From NCBI GenBank assembly GCA_964489525.1, contig CAZAYY010000001.1, forward strand, positions 2,248-66,247: a stretch of 64,000 nucleotides of DNA. Reading direction: 5' to 3'. The translations under genes were made by a program, and so were the position numbers. This document shows, piece by piece, positions 59,700 through 64,000 of the stretch. The stretch is from an uncultured Anaerolineales bacterium (GTDB taxonomy: Bacteria; Chloroflexota; Anaerolineae; Anaerolineales; JABWBV01). Positions within the stretch are counted from its first letter, which is position 1. Each line of letters opens with the position of its first letter. The notes under the pieces are model-generated. The model was not told the origin of the DNA, did no database searches, and saw only the letters and a program-made list of their open reading frames with translations.

Positions 59700-60554
59700 A
59701 TGACTGAAACAACCTCCGATTCCTGGACCATGATCATCCGCCCCCGCCGCGGCTGGTGGGACCTCCGCCTGCGCGAACTGTGGGACGCCCGCGAACTCGT
59801 CGGCCTCTTCGTCTGGCGCGACTTCGTCTCCGTCTACAAACAAACCATCCTAGGCCCCCTCTGGTACCTCATCCAACCCCTCCTCACCACCCTCACCTTC
59901 ACCGTCATCTTTGGCCGCATCGCCAGCCTGCCCACCGACGGCCTGCCCGACTTCCTCTTCTACCTCTCCGGCAACGTCATCTGGCACTACTTCGCCGAAT
60001 GCCTCACCAAAACCAGCGTCACCTTCAGCGCCAACGCCGGCCTTTTTGGCAAAGTCTACTTCCCCCGCCTCGCCGTCCCCATCTCCATCCTCATCTCCAA
60101 CATGATCGCCTTCGCCATCCAATTCGGCATGTTCCTCGCCTTTGGCGCCTACTTCCTCCTCTCCGGCTCCGCCATCGAACCCAACCTCTGGATCCTCACC
60201 CTCCCGCTCCTGCTCCTCCTCATGGCCGGCCTCGGCCTGGGCTTTGGCCTGATTGTCTCCGCCCTCACCACCCGCTACCGAGACCTGCGCTACCTGGTCA
60301 GCTTTGGCATCTCCCTCGCCATGTACGCCACCCCCGTCATCTACCCCGTCTCCTCCGTCCCCGAGCGCTTCCAATGGCTCATCCAGCTCAACCCCCTCGC
60401 CCCCGTCGTCGAAACCTTCCGCCACGCCTTCCTCGGCGCCGGTAACGCCAGCGCCGCCGGCCTCCTCTACAGCGCCGCCTTCACCGCCGTCCTCCTCCTC
60501 CTCGGCATCCTCATCTTCAACCGGGTGGAGAACACGTTTATGGATACGGTGTAG
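59700..60554 (+). CDS. ABC-2-type polysaccharide export permease (Wzm-like)
   Basis: The N-terminus RELVGLFVWRDFVSVYKQTILGPLWYLIQPLL and six hydrophobic spans are typical of Wzm/TagG permeases. Confidence 0.8.
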   Translation: MTETTSDSWTMIIRPRRGWWDLRLRELWDARELVGLFVWRDFVSVYKQTILGPLWYLIQPLLTTLTFTVIFGRIASLPTDGLPDFLFYLSGNVIWHYFAECLTKTSVTFSANAGLFGKVYFPRLAVPISILISNMIAFAIQFGMFLAFGAYFLLSGSAIEPNLWILTLPLLLLLMAGLGLGFGLIVSALTTRYRDLRYLVSFGISLAMYATPVIYPVSSVPERFQWLIQLNPLAPVVETFRHAFLGAGNASAAGLLYSAAFTAVLLLLGILIFNRVENTFMDTV

Positions 60555-60652
60555 GGGGAGATAGCTTGTAGCGGGTAGCAGGTGGCTTGTAGAGGATAGC
60601 TTGTAGGAAGTGGCTTGTGGCGAGTAGCGAGTAGCTTTTGGATAGGAATGCT

Positions 60653-61021
60653 ATGGAAAAGGATCGGCCTGCTTTTGAGGATCTGGTTGCCTGGCAAAAA
60701 AGCCTGGCTTTCGCAAACGAAATCTTTGAGCTAACCGAACGTCTCGCCCAGGGGCGCAAGCATTTTCGCTTATTCGAACAAATCGAAGCATCCGCCGCCT
60801 CCGTGCCTGCCAATATCGCTGAAGGCAAAGGCCGGGCGACGACCAAAGAGATAATCCATTTTTTCGTGATTGCCCGTGGCTCTCTCTACGAAACCCTGAC
60901 ATTTCTGCGCCTCTTTCACATGCGCGGTTGGATTTCTGCCGAAGAACACCAACGGCTGGATGCGCTGGCGCTCGAAGTGGCCCGCCTCCTCAACGGCCTC
61001 CTCCGCTCCTACAAATCCTAA
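60653..61021 (+). CDS. four-helix-bundle protein (23S rRNA intervening-sequence protein family)
   Basis: The motifs FEDLVAWQKSLAFANEIFELT, IPANIAEGKGR and ARGSLYETLTFL are hallmarks of this family. Confidence 0.85.
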   Translation: MEKDRPAFEDLVAWQKSLAFANEIFELTERLAQGRKHFRLFEQIEASAASVPANIAEGKGRATTKEIIHFFVIARGSLYETLTFLRLFHMRGWISAEEHQRLDALALEVARLLNGLLRSYKS

Positions 61022-61073
61022 CCCTCCTCCCCACCTGCTGCAACCTACAAGCTACAAGCCACGCCCTACAACC

Positions 61074-62198
61074 ATGAAATCCCTCCTCATCAACCTTGCC
61101 CTGCTGCTTGTCTCAACCCTGCTCACCCTGTTTGCCCTGGAGGGGTTTGTGCGCATCGTCATGCCGCAGCAGCTCATCATCATCCGCCCCGACATCTGGA
61201 TTCCGGATGAAAATGGCTTCGGCTGGCGGCAGGCGGCCAACGTCAACACCACCCTCAACACCGGCGAGCGCACCGTTCGCTTTGTCACCGATGCAAACGG
61301 CAACCGCATAGACCCCGCCGGTTCCACAAACGCTGAAAAGCGCATTCTCGTCATAGGCGACTCCTTCCTCGCCGCAGTCCAGGTGGAATATGCCGACAGC
61401 ATTCCAGGTCAGTTAGAAAAACTGCTGGCCCAATCCTTAAACGAACCCGTTCAGGTCGTCAACACAGCCGTCGGCGGGTGGGGACCGGGCCAATACCTGC
61501 GCAAAATGCGCACCGAACTTGCATCCAACCAATACGACCTCGCCCTCGTCTTCCTCTACACAGGCAACGACATCCTGGTTGGGCTGGAAGATTACGCCCC
61601 TCCCAAACAAAACCAGATCCGCCGCTCCCTCCGCCTTCCCCAGGCCCTCACCAAAGCCGAAATCATTGACGCCTGGCTCTACCCCTTTAACGACTTCTTT
61701 GAAGAGCGTTCCCACCTCTACACCCTGGTCAAAAACCGCACCCAGTTTCTGCTCATGCGCCTGGGCCTCAGCCGCTGGTATTTTGCTGAACCCCTGCTGA
61801 CCGCCGAAGCCGGTTCCCCCCGCTGGGCCGACACCACCGAAATGTGTGCCCGCATGGCCGAAGCTGCCGCAGCCCACAACACCCCGGTTCTTTTCATTCT
61901 GCTCCCGGCAGACCACCAGGTAGACCCCGCCATCGCCTCTGCCTATATGCAGGTCATGGGCATCACCCAGGATCAGGTAGACCTGGAACAGCCCTCCCGC
62001 CTGCTGTCCGCCGAATTTGCCCAACGCAGCCTCCCCCTGGTGGACCTGCTCCCCAAAATGCGTGCAGCCCACACCGCTGGCGAGCCCAATCTATACGGAA
62101 AAATAGACACCCACCTCGCCCCCGCCGGCCACCGCCTGGCCGCCGAAACCCTCCTTCCACTGCTGCTGCCGTATCTGCAGGCAAACCCAACCCCATAA
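61074..62198 (+). CDS. membrane-anchored SGNH/GDSL hydrolase
   Basis: I chose the ATG at 61074 (MKSLLINLALLLVSTLLTLFAL). All four SGNH blocks are visible: VIGDSF, GGWGPGQY, YTGNDIL and DTHLAPAGH. Confidence 0.7.
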   Translation: MKSLLINLALLLVSTLLTLFALEGFVRIVMPQQLIIIRPDIWIPDENGFGWRQAANVNTTLNTGERTVRFVTDANGNRIDPAGSTNAEKRILVIGDSFLAAVQVEYADSIPGQLEKLLAQSLNEPVQVVNTAVGGWGPGQYLRKMRTELASNQYDLALVFLYTGNDILVGLEDYAPPKQNQIRRSLRLPQALTKAEIIDAWLYPFNDFFEERSHLYTLVKNRTQFLLMRLGLSRWYFAEPLLTAEAGSPRWADTTEMCARMAEAAAAHNTPVLFILLPADHQVDPAIASAYMQVMGITQDQVDLEQPSRLLSAEFAQRSLPLVDLLPKMRAAHTAGEPNLYGKIDTHLAPAGHRLAAETLLPLLLPYLQANPTP

Positions 62199-62244
62199 CC
62201 CTTCTACCCCGCCCTCCCCCGTCCTCGGTCTCCGGTCTTATACC

Positions 62245-63633
62245 ATGCCCTCAGCCAACCAACCCAAAACCCTCTCCAAGTACAAATCTTTATGGATTGT
62301 ACTGCTTATATTGTTGGCCGTCCGGTTGGTAATTTTTGCAGTTGGAACAAGGGCAGGGGAAGGCCGGTTTATCGCAAACGATACAGGGGGGTACGAGTCT
62401 ATTGCCCAGGCCTGGATGCTGAGCGGCCAGTTTAGTGTCTCTCCAGAATATTTGGATATTCCTGAAACATTGCGAACGCCAGGGTATCCTGCTTTTTTGG
62501 GTTTTATCCACACCCTCTTTGGCGATGGTTTTTCCGCGGTGATCTTGATCCAGATGTGGGTCAGCCTGGGCACCGCCGCGATTGTGTATAAAATTGGTCA
62601 AAAAATTTGGGGGGAACCTTATGGCGTATGGGCAGCCCTGTTGTTTGGCCTTGAAGCCGCCGGGTTGGGCCTGGTTTTCCAGGTTCTGACGGAAACACTG
62701 TTTACATTTTTCCTGGCTTTATTTTTGTTCGCAGGGCTAAACTGGATCGAGAAGCCCGAAAAATGGGCTCCCCCCCTCCTGGCCGGGCTTTGGTTGGGCC
62801 TGGCTGCACTGGTGCGCCCGGTGGTCTACTATCTTCCCCCGCTGGTAGCGCTGGCAGCACTCGCCGTGCTCTGGCGAACACACAATCGCAAAGTCGCCTT
62901 TTTAGGCGCTGCCCGTTTTTTTTTGCCCGCCCTGATCCTGATTGGCGGCTGGCAGCTTCGCAACCTGGTGCTTACAGGCAACCCCTCCTTCAGCCAGATC
63001 GCCGGTGTTAACATGCTCTATTATCGTGGGGCGGCTGTTCTGGCTGAGCATCAAGGTGTTTCGATCCACGACGCCCGGCTGGCGTTAGTTGGCGAGGTTA
63101 ACCCCTGGAATTTAGCAAACTTAAACCCAGAACAGCAACTGAGTCAGCGCTGGCAAAGCCAGGGCTTTGAACTGGCCAGGGCATACCCTGCCGCAGCGCT
63201 GAAAGTAACCCTGTCTGGAATGGCCAACATGTTTTTGGGTTCAGGCGATGGGTATGTTTCCGGGGCTTTAGGTGAGCAAGTTGGCAAAGAAGGCCCGTTA
63301 GGGGACATACTGCGCTTATCATTTCAAGACTACATCCAGCGTTGGGTTGTGGAGCGGCCTCTTTCGCTGTTCGTTTTTATCCTTTCAGTGTCCCTTCAGG
63401 TTTTGCTTTATGCTGGTGTGATCCTTTGGGGCTGGCAGGTCTTTAAAACCCGGCGTATTTCACTCCAAGAAGTATTCTTAATTGGTGTAGCCATTTACTT
63501 AATTGCAATTTCCGCCGGCTCCGAAACCTATTTTCGGTTCCGCGTTCCAGTGATGCCCGCTTTAGCCGTAATTTCTGCCGCTGGTATAGGATACTTAAAA
63601 ACCAGGTTTCATCTTCATAAGCATACCCGGTAA
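62245..63633 (+). CDS. GT39/GT83-like (ArnT/PMT_2-type) polytopic glycosyltransferase
   Basis: The N-terminal TM is followed by DTGGYESIAQAW...LRTPGYPAFLGFIH and about 10 further hydrophobic spans. Confidence 0.55.
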   Translation: MPSANQPKTLSKYKSLWIVLLILLAVRLVIFAVGTRAGEGRFIANDTGGYESIAQAWMLSGQFSVSPEYLDIPETLRTPGYPAFLGFIHTLFGDGFSAVILIQMWVSLGTAAIVYKIGQKIWGEPYGVWAALLFGLEAAGLGLVFQVLTETLFTFFLALFLFAGLNWIEKPEKWAPPLLAGLWLGLAALVRPVVYYLPPLVALAALAVLWRTHNRKVAFLGAARFFLPALILIGGWQLRNLVLTGNPSFSQIAGVNMLYYRGAAVLAEHQGVSIHDARLALVGEVNPWNLANLNPEQQLSQRWQSQGFELARAYPAAALKVTLSGMANMFLGSGDGYVSGALGEQVGKEGPLGDILRLSFQDYIQRWVVERPLSLFVFILSVSLQVLLYAGVILWGWQVFKTRRISLQEVFLIGVAIYLIAISAGSETYFRFRVPVMPALAVISAAGIGYLKTRFHLHKHTR

Positions 63634-63673
63634 AGCCGCACCAACGATTTTTTAAGTTCAACCTCAAGTTCAA

Positions 63674-64000
63674 ATGTCTGTTATAAAAGTCGAAAACCTC
63701 TCCAAATCCTACCGCCTCGGCGTCATTGGCGCCAAAACCCTCCGTGACGACCTCAGCCGCTGGTGGGCCAAACTCCGCCGCCGCCCCGACCCCCTCCTCA
63801 AAATCGGCCAGTCCCCCCCGTCGCCCCAGGTGGGAGAGGGGGGTAGGGGGGTGAGGGGCGCTCCTCCGTCTTCCTCCGACGACCGCATCTGGGCCTTACG
63901 CGACGTCTCCTTCGAAGTCCAGCAAGGCGAAGTCCTCGGCATCATCGGCCGCAACGGCGCCGGCAAATCCACCCTCCTCAAAATCCTCTCCCGCGTCACC
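63674..64000 (+). CDS. polysaccharide ABC transporter ATP-binding protein (Wzt-like), partial at the window edge
   Basis: My own translation gives [31 protein letters not shown]...[35 protein letters not shown] (Walker A). It contains an unusual insert at about 63812-63877. Confidence 0.8.
   Translation, partial: MSVIKVENLSKSYRLGVIGAKTLRDDLSRWWAKLRRRPDPLLKIGQSPPSPQVGEGGRGVRGAPPSSSDDRIWALRDVSFEVQQGEVLGIIGRNGAGKSTLLKILSRVT

Noticed and set aside
59756-60445. 229-aa Pro/Arg/His-rich plus-strand ORF (and 59850-60425 on the minus strand)
   Set aside because: It is an alternative frame of the Wzm permease gene. The in-frame permease has the expected TM pattern, and this product is pure low complexity.
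60960-61073. N-terminal extension of the SGNH ORF overlapping the four-helix-bundle gene
   Set aside because: The extension is read through the cassette and its repeat flank (…TSYKPRPTT). The ATG at 61074 gives a proper membrane anchor.

Overview
64-kb high-GC bacterial chromosomal segment. I found no rRNA, tRNA, CRISPR array or recognisable transposase or integrase. The style of the giant secreted proteins and of the GxxExxY and four-helix-bundle cassettes suggests a Chloroflexota-like organism, but that is a low-confidence inference. Layout, left to right: (1) A RelE/ParE toxin-antitoxin pair cut by the window edge. (2) Small-molecule-modification genes with regulators: an RPH-type PEP-utilising kinase plus TetR, an RdhA/QueG-like Fe-S protein plus TetR with a clear operator, and an SDR epimerase. 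(3) A 24.5-kb minus-strand block (7.4-31.9 kb) dominated by four secreted proteins: a 522-aa lipoprotein; a 3443-aa beta-propeller/CnaB/Calx-beta giant with about 2000 aa I cannot assign; a 1019-aa internally duplicated beta-helix protein; and a 2315-aa beta-helix/Calx-beta/metzincin protein. The block also holds an APH-family kinase and is flanked divergently by a MalT/LAL-type LuxR regulator. Three of the four secreted proteins end in the same octapeptide, [IV][FY][LI]PL[IL][FR]R-stop, which matches no C-terminal sorting signal I know. This is my best candidate for something undescribed. (4) A translationally coupled operon of unknown function: small protein, flavodoxin, GNAT-like protein, two paralogous membrane proteins, GNAT. 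(5) DUF418, a GT1 glycosyltransferase, MarR and DUF2000, with shared operator-like motifs. (6) A GH127-like / ChaN-like / GH38 glycan-degradation operon. (7) A decayed, frame-broken stretch at 49.4-50.9 kb. (8) A polysaccharide locus headed by a NusG paralogue: two Gmd-family genes, a flippase-like/GT26 fusion, LMW-PTP, Wzm/Wzt, an SGNH hydrolase and a GT39-like protein. Two small cassettes (a GxxExxY protein and a four-helix-bundle protein), each bracketed by inverted repeats, interrupt this locus. Three of its genes also carry short in-frame palindromic or low-complexity insertions. A 98-nt direct repeat (23.2 kb and 50.9 kb) brackets the central 27.7 kb. All family assignments come from motif recognition by eye. 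No database search was run.
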